A stretch of 64,000 nucleotides of DNA from Promethearchaeota archaeon (GTDB lineage Archaea; Asgardarchaeota; Lokiarchaeia; Sigyniarchaeales; SOKP01). The notes under the pieces were generated by a model that saw only the letters and a program-made list of their open reading frames with translations, was not told the DNA's origin and searched no databases. The stretch is taken from the NCBI GenBank assembly GCA_048939995.1, contig JBHLOY010000013.1, positions 1 to 64,000 of the forward strand. Direction: 5' to 3'. Shown piece by piece: positions 50,401-58,061 of the stretch (position 1 is its first letter; every line of letters starts with the position of its first letter). Position numbers and translations under genes: made by a program.

Positions 50401-51740
50401 GAGTCATACATAGAAATTAGTACAGAAAAATTAATAAGAGAGCTTGAACCAGAGACTTTGGTATGGTCAATTGTAATTTCTTTGCGAAAATTAAAAGAGT
50501 TCACATTTGGAGGGCGTTTAAATGTCGTATATTCTCTACTTACTGAATAAAATGAGCTAGGTTCGTATTGATTATTAAATTCCGTTGCAATCCAATCTGC
50601 AGAGCATGTTGTATTTAAGAGTCTTAATTCATCAATTTTGCCTTTATAGAGTTGTAGGCTAGGACTATCTAAATTTATACCTATAGTAGCATTATTAGCA
50701 TTAAAATCTATATTGTTAACAAATTCATCAACTTGTTTGGAACCATTAATATATAATTTTAGAGTTGTTCCATCATATGTTCCTACTAAATGAGTCCAAA
50801 TGTTATCATTTATACCATAATCAGAAATGGCATATCCCATATTAAGCCCATCACCAATAGCTATTCTTGCATTTCTGCTAGATGATGAATGAAAGCCTTG
50901 AACCCTAATCCCTATCTGATCACCCCATGAAAAACCGCTACAAAAAATTGGAGAACGTGTGTCTATTGTTGTATTAAAAATTCCATTATACCATGTTTCA
51001 ATGGTGAATGAGTTTATAGGTTTTAATCCTGAATTGTTTCCTAAACTTATATAATCATTTCTTCCATCAAATTCTAAACTTCCAGCAATATGTCCTTTTA
51101 CTTGATCATTACTACTCATTGACCCATGGGGAGTCCCATGATAAGAGTTGGATGTACTGTCCTTAACTTGAGATATAGATGGATCCTCCTTTAAATGCCA
51201 TACCCCTTTATAGTTATTATTCCAAACACCTGTAGGATTTTCTCGAGCGTCCATAGTAGGATTTCCATAATACATAGTGATTTCAGTGTCCACTGATGTA
51301 GACAAGGAAGGTATTCGAACCCAGGCAACTAAATGAGCATGAGTAGCGCTATAATTTTGATTAAATACTTCAATTTCATGGTCTAACCACTCATTCCCTA
51401 TTGCAAATGCAATATCATTTCCATTAGATTGAACATTTTGTCGTAAATCTTTATCGATAATCGAGATTAATAAAGGAAAATTCGTATGGCTTCCTATACC
51501 ACTAACTTTCGTATTATCAATAGTTATTACTTTATAAAAATTGAAGTCAGTATAATTAATAGGAGAATTAGCTAGAGGAATCTTGATATTTAAATTATCT
51601 AGATTATTATGTGAGCGATTATTTTTTATAAGAATGTCTGATAAATTAATAATCGATAATGAACTACACGTAAAAAGGAGAATTAAAATTATAGCTTTAA
51701 AATTTACTTTTTTCAACCTACTTACCCTATTCTTATACAT
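44436..51740 (-). CDS. Giant single-pass surface/receptor-like protein B (3x [DUF2341+LamG], Ig-like stalk, TM, cytoplasmic domain)
   Basis: Paralog of 36925..43995; three NFP.LIS.D.DL...WVRIPSLS...YYGN + GVWHL...DWIATE.NNQ modules; stalk, TM and C-terminal domain closely match protein A. Confidence 0.85.
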   Translation of the reverse strand: MYKNRVSRLKKVNFKAIILILLFTCSSLSIINLSDILIKNNRSHNNLDNLNIKIPLANSPINYTDFNFYKVITIDNTKVSGIGSHTNFPLLISIIDKDLRQNVQSNGNDIAFAIGNEWLDHEIEVFNQNYSATHAHLVAWVRIPSLSTSVDTEITMYYGNPTMDARENPTGVWNNNYKGVWHLKEDPSISQVKDSTSNSYHGTPHGSMSSNDQVKGHIAGSLEFDGRNDYISLGNNSGLKPINSFTIETWYNGIFNTTIDTRSPIFCSGFSWGDQIGIRVQGFHSSSSRNARIAIGDGLNMGYAISDYGINDNIWTHLVGTYDGTTLKLYINGSKQVDEFVNNIDFNANNATIGINLDSPSLQLYKGKIDELRLLNTTCSADWIATEFNNQYEPSSFYSVSREYTTFKRPPNVNSFNFRKEITIDHTKVSGSSSLINFSVLISMYDSDLHDHAQPDGDDIVFTNGIEWLDHEIELFNQDFNITHAQLIAWVRIPSLSTSTDTKIYMYYGNSTMGPQENPMGVWNPNYVGVYHLNDAPTGIMNDVYDSTYHGNNGITNGSMDNIDLVNSQIGKGYDFDGIDDFINISRSSSLNSINDEGTLSLWINWVNSSKTGEYQRIMTTSNRFNRIAPNHRDGFEWSVNQNGDNFFYPWGGNSLNYNLKTNPFTNGIWHYLIVTFNYSNRNVTMYLDGSPSTFDIINVDTYWTQLAQLEDWLWGASVNISQLGHFEGKYDEIRISSKTHSADWIATEYNNQNDPKSFYSVGIEETNLARNVNYFAYYKVITINSTMVTGLNDLINFPVLISLFDSDLHIHTQTDGDDIAFYSGDTWLDHEIELFNQSYSATHAQLIIWVRIPSLSSSIDTNITMYYGNSTMGSQENPMGVWNPNYVGVWHLKEIGIGTVNEYADSSHYGNHGQGGLGNITYIPSKVTGSIGYGQNFSDHFIDCGNDTSLDLTTNQITIQLWMKYPLTHPWMGPLNHKGFYNGYRLVMDLNSQLMSFQLPGNESDLETAQTISSDIWHHVVATYNGTEMRIYVDGIPDPATLSKTNNIVSALPFSFRIGHGDQPEGVAWSYPWLGQIDEVRISQVGRSADWIATEYNNQYDPDSFYSVGAEYQSEDTSGPEITINSPNLNDIFGSSAPNYDLTVTDPNLDSIWYTLDGGATNSTPVSASGTIDQNMWSALGNGTVTIRFYANDTLGNISYKEIIVRKDIIKPSISINSPSPGSNHSTPPSYSLSITEANRDKIWYTLNDGLNNYTGALSGTINSIAWGNAGLGAVTITFYVNDSVGNWDSASVGVTKTSDLSISINLPNAAEWFRSNPDYDVYVSGNDRDSIWYTFDNGLNNYTITSSANLTDTWFGIFDSTAWDNAGQGSNTITFYLNNTFGIETSDSVQIYKDTINPSIDSIDSPLSGAWFSTLPPSYTLSITESNRDRIWYTLDGGLNNYTGALSGTIDSIAWNNAGQGSITIIFYVNDSAGNWDTASVVIYRDSINPSIDSIDSPLSGAWFSSLPPSYTLSITESNRDRIWYTLDGGLNNYTGALSGTIDSIAWNNAGQGSITIIFYVNDSAGNWDTASVVIYRDSINPSIDSIDSPLSGAWFSNLSPSYTLSITESNRDNIWYTLDGGLNNYTGALSGTIDSTAWNNAGQGSITIIFYVNDSAGNWDAASVVINRDTISPTVTIIEPTNYELFGNEPPDITININDPNLDNEWYQLDNGTIITNNYTWTGFIAQSVWDQVGNGTVIIRFYANDTLGNLGSAEVIVYKDVFAPIITINNPNFNEVFNSTAPSFIVSVSGSNLDSRWYTLDDGLVNYTFTGLTGTISQLAWSAQSDGDVIIRFYINNTLGVIGFDEITIIKDTLAPSVILNLPLNNSYCRISPMINVLAIDPNLDSIWYQVNSISILLGNNINQQLDISIWNSLSEGQFYVYIYANDTVNHLSNYILLVLYKDTIAPSVPILINFPQGEVSGTLIFEWYEGSDPSGILRYRLIIDNEANPLITPGFVFEINITGNYYEYTGSLQPGTYYFFLYQIDGAGNVSPAETDSFSIMSSSQPSEFPFWIIFIVIGVAIGGVVGAIVLKKSKSKKKKKAVPIQITEKQPITKPKLKVYEEFKSLDYETLKDKTEADLLIRREKVITHVNKLTEENDYVKAAEFAGETIIIEEILGNSQNADFYRQKQIDIAIKGLNYLKDQYEIESKKAAISGDYSKSLKLYNESKIVSENLKRYMDNQAKLEQDRKLEVAETPIVVGEVEIVYSCINDLLTKYFDEVGIKYYSNPQIYDDVQSKIHGLILFDDRISFLNIDPSIRDRIRSIQIIYTEDTSNEAIIKLSKEFQNEYTLLILVVIKWLENNESFSFQGPMKNVRINHYKAFIESIGLKGVYEEAFNEIIDLYFKGQFDILRETHELSEVIIHSTDELLYDLKEKGLVMYELKEYLHR
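46725..47555 (-). repeat. Three near-identical 276-bp tandem Ig-like repeats
   Basis: Anchor points 46998, 47274 and 47550 are 276 bp apart; nearly the same sequence as the repeats at 39211-40041. Confidence 0.9.
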
Positions 51741-51886
51741 TAAATTAATACCTTACAAAAGTAATATGAATATCATATAGTGGGTGAATTTTTAAATAAT
51801 CGCAATGCGTAGTGATTTAAGGTTATTAATTTATATCTTAATTGTTGAACTTTAATGAATTAATTATGAAATTATCCAGTAGGAAT

Positions 51887-52459
51887 CTATCGTAAAAAAA
51901 ATTTTGATTTATTAGGAATAGGAAGTGAATTAGGAATTTCCTCAAGATTAATATTCTTTAACATTAACCTAGTTAAAGTATTAAACACTTTTTCTATATT
52001 TACCCCTGTCTTGCTAGAGCACTCTATAAAATCATCAAGCCCCATTAATTTTGCGCTGTTCTCGCCTTTCTCGAATGATACTTTTCTTTGATTCTCTAGA
52101 TCAGTCTTTCCACCGACTAGAATGATTGGAAATATCTGTTTTGATTCACTAATGATCGATAACCAATCACTCAAATGATAGAGTGAAGATTGATTCGTGA
52201 TATCATACATCATTACTCCGCCCATTGCTCCAAGCACATATTGAGGAAAGAGGAACCTAAAACTCTTTTCCCCACCAAAATCCCAGATCATTAGCTTTAC
52301 GTTAAATCCATCTATCGAAAGGCTTGTAGCATCAAAATCGACTCCAATTGTTTTATAAGTATTTGGGATGAATTTTGTTGTTAAAAACCGCTGAGTTAAG
52401 GTTGTTTTGCCACACCCAGCATCACCAAAAATAACAACTTTGAAAATTGCATCAAACAT
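51887..52459 (-). CDS. Rab-like small GTPase
   Basis: GDAGCGKT, TIGVDF, WDFGGE, GGKTD (G4 Asn to Gly), ECSSK. Confidence 0.9.
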   Translation of the reverse strand: MFDAIFKVVIFGDAGCGKTTLTQRFLTTKFIPNTYKTIGVDFDATSLSIDGFNVKLMIWDFGGEKSFRFLFPQYVLGAMGGVMMYDITNQSSLYHLSDWLSIISESKQIFPIILVGGKTDLENQRKVSFEKGENSAKLMGLDDFIECSSKTGVNIEKVFNTLTRLMLKNINLEEIPNSLPIPNKSKFFLR

Positions 52460-52490
52460 TTTAAATATCGATTTTTAATTAAATTTTAAA

Positions 52491-53003
52491 TTATGAATAA
52501 TGTATTAATTCAATTGCACAGTTCCCCTTAAATTTTATCCCATTACACAATTTTCCTGTTATTTCAATTTGACAGAATTGTTGCGGCTCAAGAAGATCTA
52601 TTAACGTACTTCTATCAAACTTTACCATCAATTCTGGAATATTATCATTATTAATAACCTTAATTGAGCATGGTCTCATTTCGGGGACTATTATTTGATT
52701 TAAAGAAATTGTATTAATATTAATTTCATTAAGATCATACTCATATGGAGGAGGTAAACTAATATATGCTAAAATCCATTTTCCTTTACTCTTACAGTTA
52801 AGCCTACCTGGATGAATATTAATTGTTGCTATGATAGTTTTTGATTTTTTTTTCTCTTCTTCTTGAAAAGTTCCCATTGCTTTGTCTATTTCTGTAATTT
52901 CTTCAGAATAACTTGTTATAAATAATAAAGTATTGAAACTTGGTATCAATACTATGCCTAGACTAACTAGTGTTAAAACTAACCCTGTTAGTATCCTTTT
53001 CAT
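52491..53003 (-). CDS. Hypothetical secreted/membrane-anchored protein
   Basis: Signal-like N-terminus from ATG 53003 (MKRILTGLV); P..LN.KSKGKWI.AYI.LP...LMVKFDR module common in archaeal surface proteins. Confidence 0.65.
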   Translation of the reverse strand: MKRILTGLVLTLVSLGIVLIPSFNTLLFITSYSEEITEIDKAMGTFQEEEKKKSKTIIATINIHPGRLNCKSKGKWILAYISLPPPYEYDLNEININTISLNQIIVPEMRPCSIKVINNDNIPELMVKFDRSTLIDLLEPQQFCQIEITGKLCNGIKFKGNCAIELIHYS

Positions 53004-53206
53004 TATTACCCCTTTGTGTAATAGACTAATGCAAAAATAAAAATAATAATATTCATATATAAATCTTTTCAATAAAAATGCTCAATTTATCGTTTTTTTC
53101 ACAGAAGTTAATGCTATTTTGTTTTTCATGAGATATTTTAATTTTATTCCTTTTTATCCTACGAAATACACGAAATATTCTTCTTGCAAGAAAACGTCTA
53201 AAAACT

Positions 53207-53338
53207 AAGGTTCTAGACTTAGATATCCAAAGTTTCAGACTTGGAGTATTTATGTTAAAAGAGATAATTGAATTAAATTATGGTAAGATAAGCATTGAAT
53301 CATTAGGGAGAAATAGAGGAAGTAGGCAGGACCTTTAA
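53207..53338 (+). pseudogene. Decayed C-terminal fragment of a histidine kinase ATPase domain
   Basis: KVLDLDIQSFRLGVFMLKEIIELNYGKISIESLGRNRGS resembles the HATPase_c end G.GLGL.ISKEIVELHGG.I.VES.G.N.GS. Confidence 0.5.
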
Positions 53339-53470
53339 ATAAAAGATATTCACTACCTGCTGCTTCAACCAAAATAATTGCGAAAATAGAAGTAATATAC
53401 CTTAATTATAATTTTCTTACCTTTTATAAAGACAAAAAAGTTTTAATTTTTAGCAAAAAACCCAATACCT

Positions 53471-54079
53471 ATGAATCTATTTCAAATTTTAGCAATATGT
53501 GGAATACTTAGTCCGATTATATATACTGCGATGTGGGCTATTATTGGTAGTGTTCAGAAGGATTATAGTCATATTCGCGATGATATAAGCTCACTTTTTG
53601 CAGTCGGTGCTCCCTACAGACGTTTTGCACAAGCGCTCATGATAATATCAAGTATTTTATTGCTTGTGTTTTATATTGGATTACATGAGGGTATAAACGA
53701 TGTAGGAGGTTCAATCTTAGGCCCTATTTTATTCTTGATCAGTTCCATTTTAGGCACTCTCGTGGCTCTCTTTTTCCCTCTTGATGAAGGAGGTGAAATA
53801 AAAACTTTTAGAGGAAAAATGCATATAGCACTGGTAATCGCGATGGGATTATTAACAATCGCAGGCATGGTGGCATTGTGGATTCGATTACAATTTGTAA
53901 CCGGTTGGAGCGTTTTTGCCACATACTCACTTGTTTCAGCTGTAGTTTCTTTAGTTTTAACAGTTGCCTCTGGTATTTTCGCTACAGGTAAATATAGGGG
54001 TATACTCGAGAGAATAGGAGTGACTCCTTATCAGTTATACTATTTTGTTCTTGGTCTGATGCTTTTTTTGTCTAATTAA
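53471..54079 (+). CDS. DUF998 family membrane protein
   Basis: DYSHIRDDISSLFAVGAP, FP.D, MH, GILER. Confidence 0.85.
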   Translation: MNLFQILAICGILSPIIYTAMWAIIGSVQKDYSHIRDDISSLFAVGAPYRRFAQALMIISSILLLVFYIGLHEGINDVGGSILGPILFLISSILGTLVALFFPLDEGGEIKTFRGKMHIALVIAMGLLTIAGMVALWIRLQFVTGWSVFATYSLVSAVVSLVLTVASGIFATGKYRGILERIGVTPYQLYYFVLGLMLFLSN

Positions 54080-54174
54080 TCAGCAAAGTAATCTTCGCTT
54101 ACTCATCAAAAGGAAAAATTAAAAAAAAATTAATAATAAATTCCTATTCTTTACCACGCATCGTTTATTCCATC

Positions 54175-54191
54175 TTGAACATAGAGTTCAA
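54175..54191. promoter_or_regulatory. Palindromic operator TTGAAC-N5-GTTCAA (copy 3)
   Basis: TTGAAC ATAGA GTTCAA, 68 bp upstream of 54259 and just upstream of TATA-like TTTTTAAAAA (54201). Confidence 0.6.
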
Positions 54192-54258
54192 TCAACTCTC
54201 TTTTTAAAAAACTTTTAAAATGATATACTCAAATTATGACTAAACTAAATTATTTAAT

Positions 54259-55035
54259 TTGGAGAGGGAGAATTTGAACAACGAAATTGATAGCTCTATT
54301 TATAGTGAGAATTTTTATCTAAAAAATAAAAAAAAGATATTCAAAGAATTTAATCTATTAATAAAAACTGCAAAAACAGTTCTCTCATCAAAAAATAGTG
54401 AATTAATTCTTGATTCTATTGAAAAAGAGGCTCAAATTGAGTTTGAAAACCTTCTTTCAAGACTTCCTTATGTTGGTGGTAATAGATCACCCTTTACTTC
54501 TTTTATGATCCAATCTGCAGAAACGATCGCACTTTACAAAGCGAGTAAATCACTCAACTTATCTAGGCGAGAAATAGGTGAACTTATTTATGACATAGCT
54601 GAGAATTCTGCTCAATCTATTCCCTCCCTTAAAAAATGGTTATTTAGGAAAGCTGTTTTTTCTAAAAAGATGAAGAACTCTTGGAGAGAGTGGTTAAAGG
54701 AGAGCCAAAAGCGTGAATATCCTGAAAATTGGGTTGGTGATTTTATTGATGGTGAGGGCAAAATGTTTGATTATGGGTTTAACTTTACGGAGTGTGGTTG
54801 GATTAAACTTATAAAGAATGAGGGTGCCGAAGATATTGCTCCATATGCATGTTTATGCGATTTTGCTAGAATGAAAGCAATTGGTGTAGGATTTAAAAGA
54901 ACTAAAACGATTGCAAATGGAGCTGAAATCTGTGACTTTCGATTTGTCAAAAATTTTCCAACTTCTTCTGGTTGGCCACCAGAAGCTCTTGAAGAAAGTA
55001 AAAAACGAACGGACAAAAATGTAGATTCCAGATAA
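54259..55035 (+). CDS. L-2-amino-thiazoline-4-carboxylic acid hydrolase (ATC hydrolase) family protein
   Basis: FTECG, C.CDF, RTKTIANGAEICDFRF. Confidence 0.85.
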   Translation: MERENLNNEIDSSIYSENFYLKNKKKIFKEFNLLIKTAKTVLSSKNSELILDSIEKEAQIEFENLLSRLPYVGGNRSPFTSFMIQSAETIALYKASKSLNLSRREIGELIYDIAENSAQSIPSLKKWLFRKAVFSKKMKNSWREWLKESQKREYPENWVGDFIDGEGKMFDYGFNFTECGWIKLIKNEGAEDIAPYACLCDFARMKAIGVGFKRTKTIANGAEICDFRFVKNFPTSSGWPPEALEESKKRTDKNVDSR

Positions 55036-55193
55036 CCTTCAATAGAGCGTAAGTGAGAGGTTTTTTATGTTATTCCATGCAAATTTTGCACTTATAATTA
55101 AAAATGGCTCTACTTTAACTAAAAAATTAGATTTAATATTGAAAATGAAATAGATAAATAAAATTTACCTCAAAAAGTAGGTTGCTTAATTAA

Positions 55194-55784
55194 ATGAGTG
55201 AAAAAAGTTTTGGATCCTCATTAAAAGTTAAAGAATCAAAACCAAAAGCTAAATTATATCAAAAGTATCCAATCTATCGAGTATTAATTTATGAAGCTTC
55301 AACAATTTTACATTATTTAATAGGAGGAATAGGATTAATAATTGGGTATACATTTTTGTGGTTGGGATATCTAATTGGTTCAATCTATATTATTTTTGCT
55401 TTTCTACAGATGTATATTCTTATGCCATTGACTGTGTGCCCAAATTGTGTCTATTACAGAATGGAAAATTCATGCTGTGTATCTGGTTTGAATAAAATCT
55501 CAAGAGTGTTAGCGAAGGAAGGGAATCCGGAAGATTTTCCAAAAAGGGCTAAGGGTTTATTGTGTTACAATAACATTTATATGGCTACTTTATTCTTCCC
55601 AATCATAGCCTTAATCCCTGCTTTAATTTTAAATTTCTCTCTAGTTCTATTAATCATGTTTCTGATAGTCTTGGGCTTACTAGTATTTCGTTTCTTTGTT
55701 ATTTTTCCTAAAATAGCATGTTTACACTGTCAAGCAAAGTATACTTGTCCTATTGGTGAAAAAATAGGTGTTCGAGATAAGTGA
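55194..55784 (+). CDS. Cys-rich four-TM hypothetical membrane protein
   Basis: TM pairs each followed by CPNC..YY...CC and CLHC....CP. Confidence 0.7.
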   Translation: MSEKSFGSSLKVKESKPKAKLYQKYPIYRVLIYEASTILHYLIGGIGLIIGYTFLWLGYLIGSIYIIFAFLQMYILMPLTVCPNCVYYRMENSCCVSGLNKISRVLAKEGNPEDFPKRAKGLLCYNNIYMATLFFPIIALIPALILNFSLVLLIMFLIVLGLLVFRFFVIFPKIACLHCQAKYTCPIGEKIGVRDK

Positions 55785-55888
55785 GAATTGAAAATTAAAT
55801 TGTTATTTAGTTTTTATTCTATTAATAAAGTGTTTTTAAATGAGGAATTTTATTTTCTTAATAAAACAAAGTGATGAGGTGAACTATT

Positions 55889-56227
55889 ATTCCAAATTTA
55901 CTAAATATAAAATGTGTACCATGTGAAGGTGGTATACCTCCACTTCTTGAAGGAAAAGAAAATGAGTATCTCAAGGAAGTAGAAGGATGGTCCCTAATTA
56001 GGGATGGTGTTCATCGAATTAAAAAGGAATTCTTTTTTGAAGATTTCAAGGAGTCTATGAAATTTGTAAATAAAGTAGCAGATCTTGCAGAGGAAGAGGG
56101 TCATCATCCTGATATCTATATATTCTATGATGAAGTTGTCTTAGAATTACATACACACGCAATAAAAGGACTCCATCTTAATGATTTTGTTATGGCTGCA
56201 AAAATTAATGCTATAAATCAAGAATAG
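55889..56227 (+). CDS. phhB: Pterin-4-alpha-carbinolamine dehydratase (missed by ORF track; probable ATT start)
   Basis: Own translation: PNLLNIKCVPCEGGIPPL...GW...KEFFFEDFKESMKFVNKVADLAEEEGHHPDI...THAIKGLHLNDFVMAAKIN; GAGGTGA RBS at 55876-55882. Confidence 0.88.
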   Translation: MPNLLNIKCVPCEGGIPPLLEGKENEYLKEVEGWSLIRDGVHRIKKEFFFEDFKESMKFVNKVADLAEEEGHHPDIYIFYDEVVLELHTHAIKGLHLNDFVMAAKINAINQE

Positions 56228-56259
56228 AGAAGAAAAAGGGGTTTATACTTATTTTCCTT

Positions 56260-56709
56260 CTAAGAATTAAGGAATTTTTCAAGGATTTCTAATTTATGTT
56301 TGTCAAACCTTCCCTCAGTGCGCCAGATAATCTCTCCTTTTTTATTTATTAGAAATAAATAAATTGTATCTTCAGAAAGTATTTTTAATTTCTTTTTAAA
56401 CAGACTTTTATTTATATATAATGTTATTGTTCTTTCCCTCACTGCCTTATCTGGGATTCCAGCCCTCATTCCACCATCAATCATAAATCTCATTACTTTA
56501 TAACCCTTACTTAATGTTGGTATTTCATAATACTTAAAGTTTGAATATTGCTTTTCTAGGGAATTCAAGTGAAAACTCCACTCATCTACTAAACTTTGAT
56601 GCCAGCGGTGGAAAGGTATAATTAGTAAATTAAGTGTGCCTTCTAGATTATAAGGTAAATTAAAATTTTCAAATTCTAAATTTTGCCCGGAAACTTCTGG
56701 AAACATCAT
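56260..56709 (-). CDS. Thioredoxin-like hypothetical protein (ATP10-like family)
   Basis: FPEVSG.NL...LP, Q..VD.W, YE.P, IDGGMRAGIP...R.TITLY, LINKKGEIIWRTEG. Confidence 0.65.
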   Translation of the reverse strand: MMFPEVSGQNLEFENFNLPYNLEGTLNLLIIPFHRWHQSLVDEWSFHLNSLEKQYSNFKYYEIPTLSKGYKVMRFMIDGGMRAGIPDKAVRERTITLYINKSLFKKKLKILSEDTIYLFLINKKGEIIWRTEGRFDKHKLEILEKFLNS

Positions 56710-56963
56710 TTTTATGACTTTTATTGAATTCTTTATTTTTATATAATATAATTTGGTATAAAAAAATTAATATAATGAAGAATATGTTTTAAGTTAGTTT
56801 CGTCTACCTAAATTATTAAAAATAAGCAAAAGAATTACAAATTATTAATTTCAACTAATGAACAGCTCTATAGCCTACAATAAAGAATTTTAAGTAAATA
56901 CTGAAATAATAATAAAAAAGAATTATAGCTTGATTTACCCTTCAAGTATGACAATTATCAATT

Positions 56964-57176
56964 CTATAACTTCATATATAAGTTATTGACTTGAACACAT
57001 CCAGTATTGCTTCCATTCTCAGCATTTGCGAAGCATCTTTTCTCAGGGCTTTTAGTGAATTTTGCACAACCCCAACACCACAATTTATTAAAAGAGATCA
57101 ATTTTTTCTTATTAGTAGCACGAACTTTTTCACACAGTGCTAATGCCTCATCAAATTCTAAATTTAGTTTACTCAT
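56964..57176 (-). CDS. Small Cys-rich hypothetical protein
   Basis: C..V, CWGC, RC, GC.QVN; ATG 57176 follows AGGTGA RBS. Confidence 0.65.
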   Translation of the reverse strand: MSKLNLEFDEALALCEKVRATNKKKLISFNKLWCWGCAKFTKSPEKRCFANAENGSNTGCVQVNNLYMKL

Positions 57177-57189
57177 TATCTTTTTCACC

Positions 57190-57840
57190 TTATTTTCTTA
57201 CTTGAATATTCATTCTGATTTTAAGATAATTTGCTATATACCATCCCATAAAACCCCCCATGATTCCTTGAATGATTGAATATGGTATCATAAAATATCC
57301 ATATGTGAGAAAATGCTCAACTTCAGGTGACGTTGGTTTATATAAAGTCTCCAAAGCTAAAATACTTAATAATATAAAACCAACTGAAGCAATTAAGGAA
57401 GAGATTAAAATTGCCCTTCTCTCATTTTTAGCAGGTTTCAATAACCATAGAGATAAATCTATAATTAATCCATATGCAATATAGATTAATGCCCAATATA
57501 CCGCAGACCAGGGAGTTTTTAAAGTGTTCTCTATCTGCCATTCTATTATAAATTCAATTGGAATACCTATAATCCCATTCATTCCAAAAAAGAAAACAGC
57601 TGTGCCTTTTGTTTTGAGATAAACACAGAAAAAGTAGGTTACCCCCATTAGAAAAATCATGACAAAATAAAGATATATATAGCCTATTCCTATCATGATA
57701 ATATCAAAAAACACAGTAAAGATTGCTGATAATATCGCTATAATCATAAATCCAAGAATATTCAAAGCTAAGGATCTCTTATCCCAAGGTTTATACCAAC
57801 TTGAGTCTTTTATTCGATCCAACATTACTATTTCTTTCAT
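57190..57840 (-). CDS. Hypothetical multi-pass membrane protein
   Basis: 216 aa, ~6 TM; GGAGG RBS. Confidence 0.7.
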   Translation of the reverse strand: MKEIVMLDRIKDSSWYKPWDKRSLALNILGFMIIAILSAIFTVFFDIIMIGIGYIYLYFVMIFLMGVTYFFCVYLKTKGTAVFFFGMNGIIGIPIEFIIEWQIENTLKTPWSAVYWALIYIAYGLIIDLSLWLLKPAKNERRAILISSLIASVGFILLSILALETLYKPTSPEVEHFLTYGYFMIPYSIIQGIMGGFMGWYIANYLKIRMNIQVRK

Positions 57841-57967
57841 GCTTTCTACCTCCTTTTAATTAGATTTAACTTCTTTAAGAAAAACAGAGAATATTTACTC
57901 CATTTTTCCCATTTATCAAGAAAGATATGCTTTATTTAAAGAATATGACAATTTCAATCACTTAAAG

Positions 57968-58027
57968 TGGACATAAATTTTAGATAAAATGTCCAGTTTC
58001 ATAAAAGTAAATAAGGAAGTTGGACAA
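57968..58027. promoter_or_regulatory. Putative operator for the adjacent Lrp/AsnC regulator
   Basis: TGGACAT-N14-ATGTCCA inverted repeat (57968-57995) plus TGGACAA half-site at 58021 in a divergent promoter. Confidence 0.45.
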
Positions 58028-58061
58028 TAATTAAATTAAAAAAATTATAAGTTAGCTTAAA

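Noticed and set aside
55874-55882. ATG-AGG-TGA in frame with PCD as selenocysteine read-through
   Set aside because: The TGA is part of a GAGGTGA RBS, lies before the conserved region at no Cys-equivalent position, and no SECIS-like element was recognised.
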